This document shows positions 19,718 to 29,870 of a DNA stretch of 64,000 nucleotides, one piece after another. Within the stretch, counting starts at the first letter, position 1; every line of letters starts with the position of its first letter. A program made the translations under genes and the position numbers. The notes beneath the pieces were generated by a model. That model was not told the origin of the DNA. It did not search any database and saw only the letters and a program-made list of their open reading frames with translations. Source of the stretch: Candidatus Cloacimonadales bacterium (GTDB lineage: Bacteria > Cloacimonadota > Cloacimonadia > Cloacimonadales > JAFGVF01); NCBI GenBank assembly GCA_963677495.2, contig CAXXOU010000001.1:800001-864000 (forward strand). Reading direction: 5' to 3'.

Positions 19718-21356
19718 AAATTTGTAGTTTCCTAATAATGCTCTTTCGATGTATCTCGGAAAAGGCGTTTAAGGTATAATCTCCTGCTGATATGTATTCA
19801 GAGTTATCCATCTGACCATCCCAACGCTCTATGGTCTTGCCTTTTGGATACCATCTATACTTTGAGTAGAGTGTATAACCGTTTGTTGCTTTTATCTTCC
19901 ATTCGATGTGACAGCTAACATCTGTTGTAACAACGATTGAGTATTTATCATTCATTGGTTTAACTACAATGTTGAAATCTTTCCCATTGAGTCTTTCAGG
20001 TTCCTCAACCTTCTTTACTTTCGGTTGAGGAATCTCTTTCTTTTCGACAACCTGTTTCTCCACCACTACCGGTTTAGGCTCGGGCTTTACCTCTTCGACC
20101 TTCACAACCTCAAGCTTAGGTTCAGGTTTACGTTTCTCAACTTTTTCTACTTCAGGCATAACCTCATTTTTCTTATCAACCAAAACTTCTTCTTTTATCG
20201 GTTCTGGTGTTGGTGTAGAAGCTTCCTTATTGACGACTATTGGTTCAAATACTACTTCTCTATCACCATCGTTATAGCAGCTTTTCTTCAATCTGCCAAA
20301 GTATTTCTTAAGTAGATCTCCGTAAGAGAAAAGTGATATGCCGGCATACTCATTATCTCTAACTTCAAATATATTCTGCTCAATTTTAACTAACGGGAAG
20401 TCTCTCTTCTTGTGCCCATTAAAAGCTCTGAGCCCTACAACGATTTTATCTTTATGCTTAAGGTTCTCTGCTTTTCCCAAGAAAGATGACACCTTGATTG
20501 TGCTTGTTGAATAAACCATGGGGTAAACATAATCAACATATCCTCTATCCAACCATTCAATCCATCTTTGGGAATATTCATTAACAGCTCTATCATAATC
20601 AGAGACAACAGCTACTGAAAGAGTTTTCTCATTGTCTGCATGTTTAATCTTTTGCTGTAACTCTTTAAGAAGCAAGTTTAGCTGAAGTATCTTCCACTCA
20701 TTAAAGCTAACATTTCTCTCTTCTGCTTTAAAGTACTTCCACTCTTTCATAGCATCAGCATTGTATCCATACTTCTTACCCGGATATCTAAAATAATCGA
20801 GATGTATTCCATTCAATTCAGGATAGTTAACAACAATATCCATTATTCCATCTTTGATATAATCCTGAACAAACGGGTTTCCCGGATCGAGGAAGTAGCC
20901 CTCGCCCTTTACTAAACCCTTATCAGACTTTCCTCTCTGATTTGTGAACCATTTAGACCTTGTGAAATATATATGATTCTTTGGTAAACGACTAATATCT
21001 ATAGGCGCTGCTACATATACAGGTAACCATGCATGTACTTCAATCCCTTGTCCCTTAGTTCTATCCAGAAGGTACTGCAAAGCATCAAAAGATTTGTCCT
21101 CCAAGAGATAACTTTTGGGATCAGGATTATAGTAAGTATTATCCGTTTTGTTTGGTGTGTACAAAGCATCAGCACGGTAACGGACTTCTGCTAATATTGT
21201 ATTCTGATTGTGGAGAATTACATCCCTTACAAGATTATCAATCTTATGTGGTGTATCTATCTCCCAAGAAGTTGCCCACACAGCTCTAATCTCTTCCGAA
21301 GATAGGCTAAGTATTGCCATTAGAATTAACAGAGTTACATATATTCTCTTTATCAT
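19710..21356 (-). CDS. Secreted GHL10/DUF187-family glycoside hydrolase with Pro/Glu/Lys/Val linker and FlgD-like Ig domain
   Basis: Signal peptide; EIRAVW, EVHAW, LDPGNP, GIHLDYFRYP, PMVY; C-terminal WDG..D...SAGDY. Confidence 0.8.
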   Translation of the reverse strand: MIKRIYVTLLILMAILSLSSEEIRAVWATSWEIDTPHKIDNLVRDVILHNQNTILAEVRYRADALYTPNKTDNTYYNPDPKSYLLEDKSFDALQYLLDRTKGQGIEVHAWLPVYVAAPIDISRLPKNHIYFTRSKWFTNQRGKSDKGLVKGEGYFLDPGNPFVQDYIKDGIMDIVVNYPELNGIHLDYFRYPGKKYGYNADAMKEWKYFKAEERNVSFNEWKILQLNLLLKELQQKIKHADNEKTLSVAVVSDYDRAVNEYSQRWIEWLDRGYVDYVYPMVYSTSTIKVSSFLGKAENLKHKDKIVVGLRAFNGHKKRDFPLVKIEQNIFEVRDNEYAGISLFSYGDLLKKYFGRLKKSCYNDGDREVVFEPIVVNKEASTPTPEPIKEEVLVDKKNEVMPEVEKVEKRKPEPKLEVVKVEEVKPEPKPVVVEKQVVEKKEIPQPKVKKVEEPERLNGKDFNIVVKPMNDKYSIVVTTDVSCHIEWKIKATNGYTLYSKYRWYPKGKTIERWDGQMDNSEYISAGDYTLNAFSEIHRKSIIRKLQISN

Positions 21357-22699
21357 TTAGTCTCACTCTTTTTATCAACAGTACAACTCAGACTTCCATC
21401 ACTTAATGTGACTTCTACAGCCTCTCCAATCTCAATTGATGATATAGACTTAAGCACTTTCTGCTCTTTGTGAAGCATGGCAAACCCTCTATCAAAAGCT
21501 TTCTGAGGTGAAAGAGACGAAAGAACTGTATCAACTTCTGAAATTTTATGACGGTAACCCTGCACAATGGAGTCTCCATCATGTTTAAAGCGTATCTTTA
21601 GATCATTAAGTTTGTACTTGTAGTCCTTTAATTTGTCCTGAGTAACCTTCTGCCCAAGTAACATAAAATGTTTCTCAATAGCCCTAATATCTTCTTTCTT
21701 TTGTCTAATCCTCCTCGAGAAGTATGTCAGACGTAAAACAGCTTCATCCAGTCTTTGCTGTTTAGTTTGAAGATTACTAATCGGGTTATGTGTTTCCACC
21801 TTCCTACCCAGTTCGCTAACCTTGATTCTAAGCTTCATCAACTCACGTTTCATTACAGTGTCTATTCGTGATTGCTTATCATTCAAGGCCCTTATTAGTT
21901 CTTGTGAATCTGGCACTGCAAGTTCTGCAGCAGCAGAAGGAGTTGGAGCTCTTAAGTCGGAGACAAAGTCTGCAATTGTAAAGTCAATTTCATGCCCGAT
22001 ACCTGTAATAATCGGTATCTTTGAATTGAATATTTCTCTTGCAAGCCTTTCATCATTAAAACAGAACAGGTCTTCCTGAGAACCTCCTCCGCGACCAAGA
22101 ATTATGAGCTCTACAGTTGGGAAGTTATTGAAAAATCTCACACCTTTCACAAGTGTTTCAGGAGCAGTCTCTCCTTGTGTTAGCGCAGGATACAATACAA
22201 CTTCAACAGGTAACCTTCGCTTCAGCACATTGCATATGTCCTGAAATGCAGCACCGGTTGGTGAGGTTACAACTCCGACACGATGTGGAAACTTAGGAAT
22301 TGGTTTCTTATGTTCTTCATCAAACAACCCTTCAGAAAGAAGTTTTGCTTTCAGTTTCTCAAACTCTAGTTGTAGCAATCCCTTTCCGGATGAGTACATC
22401 TTGGTCACATTTAGCTGATATTGACCGCTAGGTTCATAAACTGTCAGTTTACCTGCAATTATGACCTTATCACCATTCTTGGGCTTGAAATCAAGATATC
22501 TATTTGCATTTCTAAAGAACACACACCGTAAAGTGCTGCTAACATCTTTAATACTAAAATAGATGTGACCTGACCTATGATGAGTGTAGTTCGCTATTTC
22601 ACCCTCTACGAATAATGATGAAAGATTACCCTCAATTATATGCTTAACATGACTGTTTATTTCACTTACTGTAAATACTTCTTCCGGTTTTATTGCCAA
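21353..22699 (-). CDS. xseA: Exodeoxyribonuclease VII large subunit
   Basis: SGHIYFSIKD, VVTSPTGAAFQD, RGGGS.EDL, IGHEIDFT, RAPTPSAAAE; start placed at TTG 22699 after GGAG. Confidence 0.95.
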   Translation of the reverse strand: MAIKPEEVFTVSEINSHVKHIIEGNLSSLFVEGEIANYTHHRSGHIYFSIKDVSSTLRCVFFRNANRYLDFKPKNGDKVIIAGKLTVYEPSGQYQLNVTKMYSSGKGLLQLEFEKLKAKLLSEGLFDEEHKKPIPKFPHRVGVVTSPTGAAFQDICNVLKRRLPVEVVLYPALTQGETAPETLVKGVRFFNNFPTVELIILGRGGGSQEDLFCFNDERLAREIFNSKIPIITGIGHEIDFTIADFVSDLRAPTPSAAAELAVPDSQELIRALNDKQSRIDTVMKRELMKLRIKVSELGRKVETHNPISNLQTKQQRLDEAVLRLTYFSRRIRQKKEDIRAIEKHFMLLGQKVTQDKLKDYKYKLNDLKIRFKHDGDSIVQGYRHKISEVDTVLSSLSPQKAFDRGFAMLHKEQKVLKSISSIEIGEAVEVTLSDGSLSCTVDKKSETK

Positions 22700-22868
22700 A
22701 ATTCTTCTCCATTCCTCACTTATTACATACCATCTATTAATATATAATAAAGTCAAGCATTCATTATTATATCATGCGTAAATCCCTAAGCTTAATCTAT
22801 TTTTTCCCCTTTTTTCTCGTTTTTAACTCCAATTTTCATGATTTTCTCCCAAAATTGCCCTGCTTCTT

Positions 22869-23020
22869 CCCTTCCAGTCCCCTGACATGGAAAGGTGTTT
22901 CAAAGGTCTCCCACAGGTGACCCTCTCGTGACCCTCTCGTGGAAAGGCTAAAGTTATTCACATCGTGTGGATAACTTGAATATTTATGGAAAACTTGTCA
23001 TAAGCACGGGACTGGAAGGG
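22869..23020 (+). repeat. Dispersed DnaA-box-pair element, copy 1
   Basis: Arms cccttccagtccc/gggactggaaggg; tandem gtgaccctctc; TTATTCACA-tcg-TGTGGATAA at 22954-22974; ~85% identical, ungapped, to 48029-48180. Confidence 0.85.
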
Positions 23021-23150
23021 TAGAGGAAGGCTCATTTCAAGTTTTTTTGTTGTACTATTCAGAAGGACTAAAGGGCATTGCAGGTAGAGAATAATTTCAC
23101 TTGCCAAAAATGTCTTTAGCTGTGATTAGTTTGGTAATGAAAATAGAAAG

Positions 23151-24053
23151 GTGTTTATGAGCTCATTTATCGTCAAAGTTTTGCCAATAATCCTAATCTT
23201 CTTAACCGGTTGGTTCACAAGAATGATTGGATTGTTCAAAATCAAAGATGGTGATTTCCTACTTAAGTTAGTTTTAAATATCACACTTCCCGCTTTGATT
23301 GTTGGGACTGCTCAAGACATTGTTTTTAAGAAAGAGTATATCTTTCTACCTTTAATAGCGGTAAGTGTTGTTTTACTAACTGCGGTTATTGCTCATATCA
23401 TTGGCAGACAACTCAAACTATCAACTCCTGCTTTAGGTAGTTTCTTATGTGGTTCAATGATTATGAACACCGGATTCTGTTTACCTTTCTTTCAAGCTGT
23501 GATGGGCAATGAAGGTGTTGTTCTTGCTAATCTTTTTGACCTTGGTAACACTTTCATGATATACACCTTTATATACATGCATGCTGTTAAGTTTGGGAAA
23601 GTCGGCAACGGAAAAACAGATTGGACTAAGCTTTTAAAGCTCCCTCCGCTTTGGGGATTGATAATCGGATTTGGGCTTAGTTTCATAGGTGTTGTAATCC
23701 CTGATTTCATACAGAAGTATCTGTTGTTGATTGGTTCACCAACTACTCCGCTAATTATGTTGTCATTAGGTATCTATTTTCATCCCCATTTAGCAAGGAT
23801 ACCCAAGGCATTAATAGCTGTACTTATCAGAATGGGACTCGGATTGGCTTTTGGGTTTACCGCAGTCAGTCTACTGAATATTCAGGGGATTGCCAGACAA
23901 ATAGTTATAATAAGCTGTGGAGCACCGATAGGGTTCAACACGATAGTGTTTGCTAACCTCGAGAGCCTTGACAAGGAGTTTGCCGCGACTATGGTATCGA
24001 TAGCCCTATTTTTAGGACTTGCATTAGTGCCACTTTTCTTGTATATTTTCTAG
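23151..24053 (+). CDS. AEC (auxin efflux carrier) family transporter
   Basis: ~10 hydrophobic segments; ITLPAL, MNTGFCLP, PLIMLSLG. Confidence 0.85.
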   Translation: MFMSSFIVKVLPIILIFLTGWFTRMIGLFKIKDGDFLLKLVLNITLPALIVGTAQDIVFKKEYIFLPLIAVSVVLLTAVIAHIIGRQLKLSTPALGSFLCGSMIMNTGFCLPFFQAVMGNEGVVLANLFDLGNTFMIYTFIYMHAVKFGKVGNGKTDWTKLLKLPPLWGLIIGFGLSFIGVVIPDFIQKYLLLIGSPTTPLIMLSLGIYFHPHLARIPKALIAVLIRMGLGLAFGFTAVSLLNIQGIARQIVIISCGAPIGFNTIVFANLESLDKEFAATMVSIALFLGLALVPLFLYIF

Positions 24054-24063
24054 GAAATAAGAT

Positions 24064-24993
24064 ATGAAGGATTGTTTTATGAAAAGAATCATAGTTTTAT
24101 TATCAGTTTTAATTCTCTTAACAGCCTGTGGAGATATAACTCCATCCAAAGAGAGCATATTTGTTAGTATTCTACCACAGAAGTTTTTCGCTGAACGCAT
24201 AGTTGGAGACATTCTTGATGTTGAAGTCATGGTTGCACCCGGAAGTAGTCCTGCTACCTATGAGCCAACTCCAAGACAGATGAGTAAACTTGGTACAAGC
24301 AAGCTTTTCTATGCAATTGGAGTACCTTTTGAACGAGCTTGGATTCCTAAGATTCAAGAGAATTATCCAAACCTATTCATTGAAGACTTATCTGTTGGCA
24401 TTAGAAAAAGACCTGTGGATAAACCTGCTTCTCTAACTGAAGAGGAGCATAAACATATGCATCAGGGACACAAGCACCACCATGGCCATGAGCATCAGCA
24501 CGGAGCTAGAGATCCGCATGTATGGCTTGATCCTTTATATGCAAAAAAGATGAGTAAGACTATGTTTCTCTCACTGTCAAAGCAGTTCCCTGAGCATAAA
24601 GTTGTTTTTGAGCAGAATTATGAAAAGCTAGCTAAAGACCTGGAATCTTTGGATATTGAATTATCAAATGTTTTAGGTAATGTTGAAGACAAAAACTTAC
24701 TTGTGTTCCATCCTGCATGGGGATATTTAGCTGACAGATATGGATTCAGACAGATTCCTATTGAGATAGACAACAGAAATCCAACTGCAAAAGAGACAGC
24801 TGATACTATTGATTTTGCCAGAGAGAATAAGATTAAGATCATCTTCATTAACAGTCAGATAGACTCTTCTCAAGCAAAGAAGATTGCTCAGGAGATTGGT
24901 GCTAAAGTTGTTTCTATAGATCCACTTGCAGTGAACTATATAGAGAATCTGAAGCAGGTGAGTAGCATCATTTCAGGGAAAACTAGTGAATAA
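24064..24993 (+). CDS. znuA: Zn/Mn ABC transporter substrate-binding lipoprotein
   Basis: LTAC lipobox, SPATYEP, His-rich loop, DPHVWLDP, FHPAWGY. Confidence 0.9.
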   Translation: MKDCFMKRIIVLLSVLILLTACGDITPSKESIFVSILPQKFFAERIVGDILDVEVMVAPGSSPATYEPTPRQMSKLGTSKLFYAIGVPFERAWIPKIQENYPNLFIEDLSVGIRKRPVDKPASLTEEEHKHMHQGHKHHHGHEHQHGARDPHVWLDPLYAKKMSKTMFLSLSKQFPEHKVVFEQNYEKLAKDLESLDIELSNVLGNVEDKNLLVFHPAWGYLADRYGFRQIPIEIDNRNPTAKETADTIDFARENKIKIIFINSQIDSSQAKKIAQEIGAKVVSIDPLAVNYIENLKQVSSIISGKTSE

Positions 24994-25717
24994 AGAAGCT
25001 GCAGTAAAGCTTTCAAAAGTAAATTTCAGTTATAACTCACTTTCTGTATTAGAGGAAGTGAGTTTTGAGCTGGAACCTAATGATTTTGTTGCCATAGTTG
25101 GTCCCAACGGGGGCGGGAAAACCACTCTCGTGAAGCTCATTCTAGGGGAGCTTCAAGCTCAATCGGGAGAGGTTACTGTTCTAGGTGGTAATCCTCAGAT
25201 AATGTGTCAGAGAATCGGGTATGTACCCCAGTTCTCATCACACAATAAGCAGTACCCCATATCTGTATTTGATGTTGTTTTAAGTGGTGCTGTTAAAGCC
25301 AATTCGATTCTTCCATTCTATAGTAAATTGGAGAAGCAGAAAGCAAATAGTTTGCTTAAACAGATGAAAATAGCAGATTTAAAGAATAACCAGGTAAATG
25401 AGCTTTCCGGTGGACAGATGCAACGTATGCTAATTGCCAGAGCAATGATGACTGACCCGGACATCCTGATTCTTGACGAACCGACCGCAAGTGTCGATAT
25501 TGCAATGGAACAGGATATTTTTGAGCTACTACATGAGTTGAATAGCGATAAAACTATCCTTGTAATCTCACATAACGTGAGTTTTGTAAGTAAATATGCA
25601 AACAAAATTATATGCTTAAACCGTAAGCTCGTGATGCACAATACTTCGGATGTAACAAGTGATTCTCATGAGTCCGAATTGAATCAAACAGAGATCATCC
25701 ATCACTGCCAATTGTAG
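24986..25717 (+). CDS. znuC: Metal ABC transporter ATP-binding protein
   Basis: GPNGGGKTT, IGYVPQ, LSGGQ, LDEPT. Confidence 0.9.
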   Translation: MNKEAAVKLSKVNFSYNSLSVLEEVSFELEPNDFVAIVGPNGGGKTTLVKLILGELQAQSGEVTVLGGNPQIMCQRIGYVPQFSSHNKQYPISVFDVVLSGAVKANSILPFYSKLEKQKANSLLKQMKIADLKNNQVNELSGGQMQRMLIARAMMTDPDILILDEPTASVDIAMEQDIFELLHELNSDKTILVISHNVSFVSKYANKIICLNRKLVMHNTSDVTSDSHESELNQTEIIHHCQL

Positions 25718-25723
25718 GGAGAT

Positions 25724-26554
25724 ATGCAACAACTATTATATGATTTAACACACTATCAGTTCTTAATAAATGCATTGCTAGCAAGTATTTTCTCAAGCAT
25801 AATATTGGGATTACTTGGACCTTTAATAGTTGTGAAGCGCATCTCATCTATTTGTGGAGGAATCGCTCATTCTGCGCTGGGAGGAATTGGTATAGCAGTG
25901 TTTCTTGGACTTTCACCTGTGCTTGGAGCATCAGCTGCTTCAGTTGTATCTGCTTTGATAATCAGCTATACAAAACTGAAAGGATCCCAGCATGAAGATA
26001 TTATTATCAGTGTTTTGTGGTCACTTGGTATGGCGTTAGGGTTGATATTTATTGCCCTTACGCCAGGTTATAAAGCCAATCTGATGACATATCTCTTCGG
26101 TAATATCCTCTTAGTTAATGATTCTGAGATTGTTATCGGATTATTTCTAAGCCTAACAGTCTTTACAATCATTTTCATTTTTTATAGGCAGTTCATTGCT
26201 CTAACCTTTGATGAAGAGTTCGTATCAGTCCGAAGGATTGGTAAAAATGGGTTCTTTACACTACTACTCTTATTAGTCTCAATTGCTGTAGTTACATTGA
26301 TAAAAATAACAGGTATGATTCTTGTAATTGCTTTGATGACACTTCCATCAGCAACCGCATTGCTATTAGCTAAAAAAATGAGTATAGTAATGGCATTGTC
26401 AGTGAGTTTGAGTCTTATCTACTGTTTGATTGGGATAATCGTTGGATACTTGCTTAATTTGCCTATTGGAGCGACTATTATAGTTGTCAGCAGTATTAGT
26501 TACTTTGCTCTATTGCTTTCAAAAAGACTTCTTTGTTGCAAGGGAAATAAATAG
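25724..26554 (+). CDS. znuB: Metal ABC transporter permease
   Basis: GIAHSALGG, YLFGNIL, TFDEEF; 3' end overlaps the convergent kinase gene by 59 nt. Confidence 0.9.
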   Translation: MQQLLYDLTHYQFLINALLASIFSSIILGLLGPLIVVKRISSICGGIAHSALGGIGIAVFLGLSPVLGASAASVVSALIISYTKLKGSQHEDIIISVLWSLGMALGLIFIALTPGYKANLMTYLFGNILLVNDSEIVIGLFLSLTVFTIIFIFYRQFIALTFDEEFVSVRRIGKNGFFTLLLLLVSIAVVTLIKITGMILVIALMTLPSATALLLAKKMSIVMALSVSLSLIYCLIGIIVGYLLNLPIGATIIVVSSISYFALLLSKRLLCCKGNK

Positions 26555-28313
26555 TAAAAGTAGAACCTTTATTTACCTCACTTTCAACCTCAATCTTTCC
26601 ACCGGATCTGATTAAGTAATCATGACTCAAATAAAGTCCTAATCCGGCACCTTTCTCCGAGTTAGTACCAAATGTTGATTTGTCCTGTTCCAGTAAAAAG
26701 AGCTTTTCCATAACCTCTTCAGACATACCAACACCAGTGTCTTTTATTGTTATTTTTGCGAAATCTTCATCTACTTGTGCTGAAAGGGTAATCCTTCCGT
26801 TATCAGGAGTAAATTTTGCAGCATTTCTTAATATGTTTCTTAGCACAATTGATGGAACATTTTTATCTCCATACACCTCTATATCATCATTGACATGATT
26901 AATCAAAACTATATTCTTTTTGTCAATAAAGGATCTGTTTAGGTTAACAACATCATCAAGAATAGGTAACAAGTTGAAATTATCAGGTTTTAGTGCTTCA
27001 TTCTTAAGACTATTCTTACCCCATTGGAGCAAGTTATCTAATAAGAAAACAGTTGATTTAGTATCACTATGAAGTTCATTAACTATGATTTCTAACTCTT
27101 CACTAGATAACTCAAGGTTCATTTGAAGCATCTCAAGAACTGCATAGATATTATTAATCGGTCCTCTTAGGTCATGAGCAATCACTGAATAAAGCTTATC
27201 CCTTACAACTATAGCTTTGGCTAACTCTTCATTTTTTAACTTGTAAAGCTCTTTATCCATCTGATGCTCTTTCGTTTTATGCTTTATTTGCAGTTCGGCT
27301 AGTTTTTGCTTATGGAGTTTCTTATTATATTCATCATGAGCTAACTTCTGTTCTTTAAGAAAATAGTAGGCCTTCTCAAAGTCTTTTGCTTGCTCATAAG
27401 CTCTTGTTATAATCTCAAGCGCACTAAAAACTAGCTGTGTATATGATGCTTCTTTTGCAAGTTTTAACCCATATTCAGTAGCTTCAACCGCTTCATCATA
27501 AGATTCAAGCAGAAGATTACATTCTCCAAGATTAACATAGCTTCGTGCAAGTGAGCGAATATCATTGGTTTCAGCTTTAAGTTCAATAGACTTCTCGAAA
27601 TACTCTTTACCTTGATTATAATTGTTCAATGATGCTTCAATAATACCTAAATTATTGTATATATTGGAGATGCCGTTATAATCGTTTAGCTTCTTGAAAG
27701 ATTCTAAACCTTCAATGTAGAGCTCTTTAGCTTTTAGATAATTGCATGTTCTGTTATATATTGATCCCAAGTTTATTAAAATGTTGTTTATAAACAATGC
27801 TTTTTGCTCATAATCACTTTCATTAGTGTTTAATAGCTTTTTGCCCTCTTGGAAACATATTTTAAACTGTTCTTCAGCATGTTTAAAGTCTTGCAAATGA
27901 AAGTATATAATACCAAAGTCATTCTTAATAAGCAGATTAACATATTTCTCTGAATCTGGACACTTGTCTTGGGCTATATAGAGATTACTAAAGGATTCTT
28001 CATAGTTAGAACGCTGATATTCAATAACAGCTATTTTTCTATAAAGCATAGCAAGATGTCCACTTTGTTTATCAGGTTCATCTTTATCGTTGAGAATGAG
28101 GTTAATAAATTTAAGGACAATCTCATATTTAGTGTAGGCAATTAACTCATCACAGAAATCATGAACAAAAAACCAATAGTCATTATTATCTGCTTTTTTA
28201 AGAGCTTCTAAAACAGTTTCGCATGCAACTTCTGTTTCACTTAATAGTTGAGTTTTTGCACTATCATATAATGCCTGTAACGCTTCATTATTGAAACTTC
28301 TATTCATCCCCAT
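26496..28313 (-). CDS. TPR-containing sensor histidine kinase (no transmembrane segment)
   Basis: TPR repeats (NLGSIY, YNNLGII, YVNLGE); IAHDLRGP, NAAKFT, DTGVGM, GAGLGL. Confidence 0.9.
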   Translation of the reverse strand: MGMNRSFNNEALQALYDSAKTQLLSETEVACETVLEALKKADNNDYWFFVHDFCDELIAYTKYEIVLKFINLILNDKDEPDKQSGHLAMLYRKIAVIEYQRSNYEESFSNLYIAQDKCPDSEKYVNLLIKNDFGIIYFHLQDFKHAEEQFKICFQEGKKLLNTNESDYEQKALFINNILINLGSIYNRTCNYLKAKELYIEGLESFKKLNDYNGISNIYNNLGIIEASLNNYNQGKEYFEKSIELKAETNDIRSLARSYVNLGECNLLLESYDEAVEATEYGLKLAKEASYTQLVFSALEIITRAYEQAKDFEKAYYFLKEQKLAHDEYNKKLHKQKLAELQIKHKTKEHQMDKELYKLKNEELAKAIVVRDKLYSVIAHDLRGPINNIYAVLEMLQMNLELSSEELEIIVNELHSDTKSTVFLLDNLLQWGKNSLKNEALKPDNFNLLPILDDVVNLNRSFIDKKNIVLINHVNDDIEVYGDKNVPSIVLRNILRNAAKFTPDNGRITLSAQVDEDFAKITIKDTGVGMSEEVMEKLFLLEQDKSTFGTNSEKGAGLGLYLSHDYLIRSGGKIEVESEVNKGSTFTIYFPCNKEVFLKAIEQSN

Positions 28314-28331
28314 ATTTCCTTCCTATGCAAA

Positions 28332-29681
28332 TCAACTTTGCTTATTAAGTTCCTCTAGAATTTTATCTTTATCCATTTCTGGATGTTCAAGCCAGAGTTC
28401 TCGAGCTTTCTTTAGATACACTCCAATTATTTCACCTTCCTGGATTCGAAATGCATCCATTATATCATGCCCTGTGAGAGGAAATGGTGTTTTGTTATAC
28501 TCCTCTTTAATCTTGTTTATCCGCTTCCATAAACACTCTGCCTGATTAGGCATATTAAATTCAGGTGCATGTGATATATTGTCAGCATGAACTAATTGAA
28601 TCAACTTGTCAATCAATTCCCCGATTTCGTAAAAGATTTTCCTAAGTCTCTTATCTGTCAAGTTTTCCGCACAATTACCACTATTTTTAAATCGCATATG
28701 ATTTTTAACAAGTGCAGATACATGTAAAATGAACTGCTTTGAATATCTCAAATCCGATAACATTTCATATGCCAATTTGGCACTGTAACTCTCATGTTTA
28801 TAGAAATGTACACCCTTCTCATCCACTGTTCTACAGCACTGCTTCCCAACATCGTGCAATAAAGCTGCTATTCTTACTTCAAGGTCAGCGGGAGAGTTTT
28901 CAACTACTGCAATAGTATGATTCCAAACATCAGCAAAATGATATTTATTCTGTTCAAGATTCTTTAATCCCTTGAGTTGAGGTAGAACATACTCCATAAC
29001 ACCTGTATCCAACATGAGATTCAATCCATACCCTACATTATTTCCAACCATAATCTTGGTTAATTCATCTTTTATTCGTTCTTTAGAGATATATTCAAGT
29101 TTGTTTACATGTTTCATCAAACCTGATAATGTGTTCTCTTCAATCGAATAGTTAAATCTGGCTGCAAATCTTATGGCACGAAGAATTCTTAATGGGTCTT
29201 CAACAAAAATTATATCAGGGTCTGAAGTTGAACGAATAATCCCATTATTAATATCACTGATGCCCAATTCACTAATATCAAGAATCTCTCCACTTACAAC
29301 TTCCTGTAACAGGGAATTTATTGTGAAATCTCTTCTGTAAATGTCATCTTCAATTGTTCCTGATTCTACATCAGGCTTCCTTGATTTATCTCGATAAGAC
29401 TCTTTCCTGGTCATTACGAATTCAACGTTATAACCATCTATCCTAATCATTGAAGTGCCGAAGTTTTCAAAAACGATTGGTTCTGAACTAATACCTTGTT
29501 CATATAGGTATTGTGATAAAAGAATACCACCGTTAGGTATAGATACAACTATATCCATATCTTGTGATTGGTGCTGTTTACCCATTATAATGTCGCGAAC
29601 ATACCCCCCTACAAGATATGTCTTACCATCAAATTCAGTACCAACTATACATTTCTTTATTAATTCTCTTACTTTATCCAA
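28332..29681 (-). CDS. cca: CCA-adding tRNA nucleotidyltransferase with HD domain
   Basis: LVGGYVRD, DMD, RRDFTINS, EDPLRILRAIRF, LLHDVGK. Confidence 0.9.
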   Translation of the reverse strand: MDKVRELIKKCIVGTEFDGKTYLVGGYVRDIIMGKQHQSQDMDIVVSIPNGGILLSQYLYEQGISSEPIVFENFGTSMIRIDGYNVEFVMTRKESYRDKSRKPDVESGTIEDDIYRRDFTINSLLQEVVSGEILDISELGISDINNGIIRSTSDPDIIFVEDPLRILRAIRFAARFNYSIEENTLSGLMKHVNKLEYISKERIKDELTKIMVGNNVGYGLNLMLDTGVMEYVLPQLKGLKNLEQNKYHFADVWNHTIAVVENSPADLEVRIAALLHDVGKQCCRTVDEKGVHFYKHESYSAKLAYEMLSDLRYSKQFILHVSALVKNHMRFKNSGNCAENLTDKRLRKIFYEIGELIDKLIQLVHADNISHAPEFNMPNQAECLWKRINKIKEEYNKTPFPLTGHDIMDAFRIQEGEIIGVYLKKARELWLEHPEMDKDKILEELNKQS

Positions 29682-29870
29682 TGTCGCCCCTGCGTTTTTT
29701 TACATTGAATAAAACAAAACCTTGTATAAAGTCAATCTTTATTGTATAAAAGCAAGCTTGAATGTACCTATAACATGTTTCAAGTGTATCCAAAATGGTT
29801 ATAAGTAGTTACCTCTTTTTACCTTCCATTTTTTCATTATGTATGTGGCTGCTGATCAATGGCATACCCG

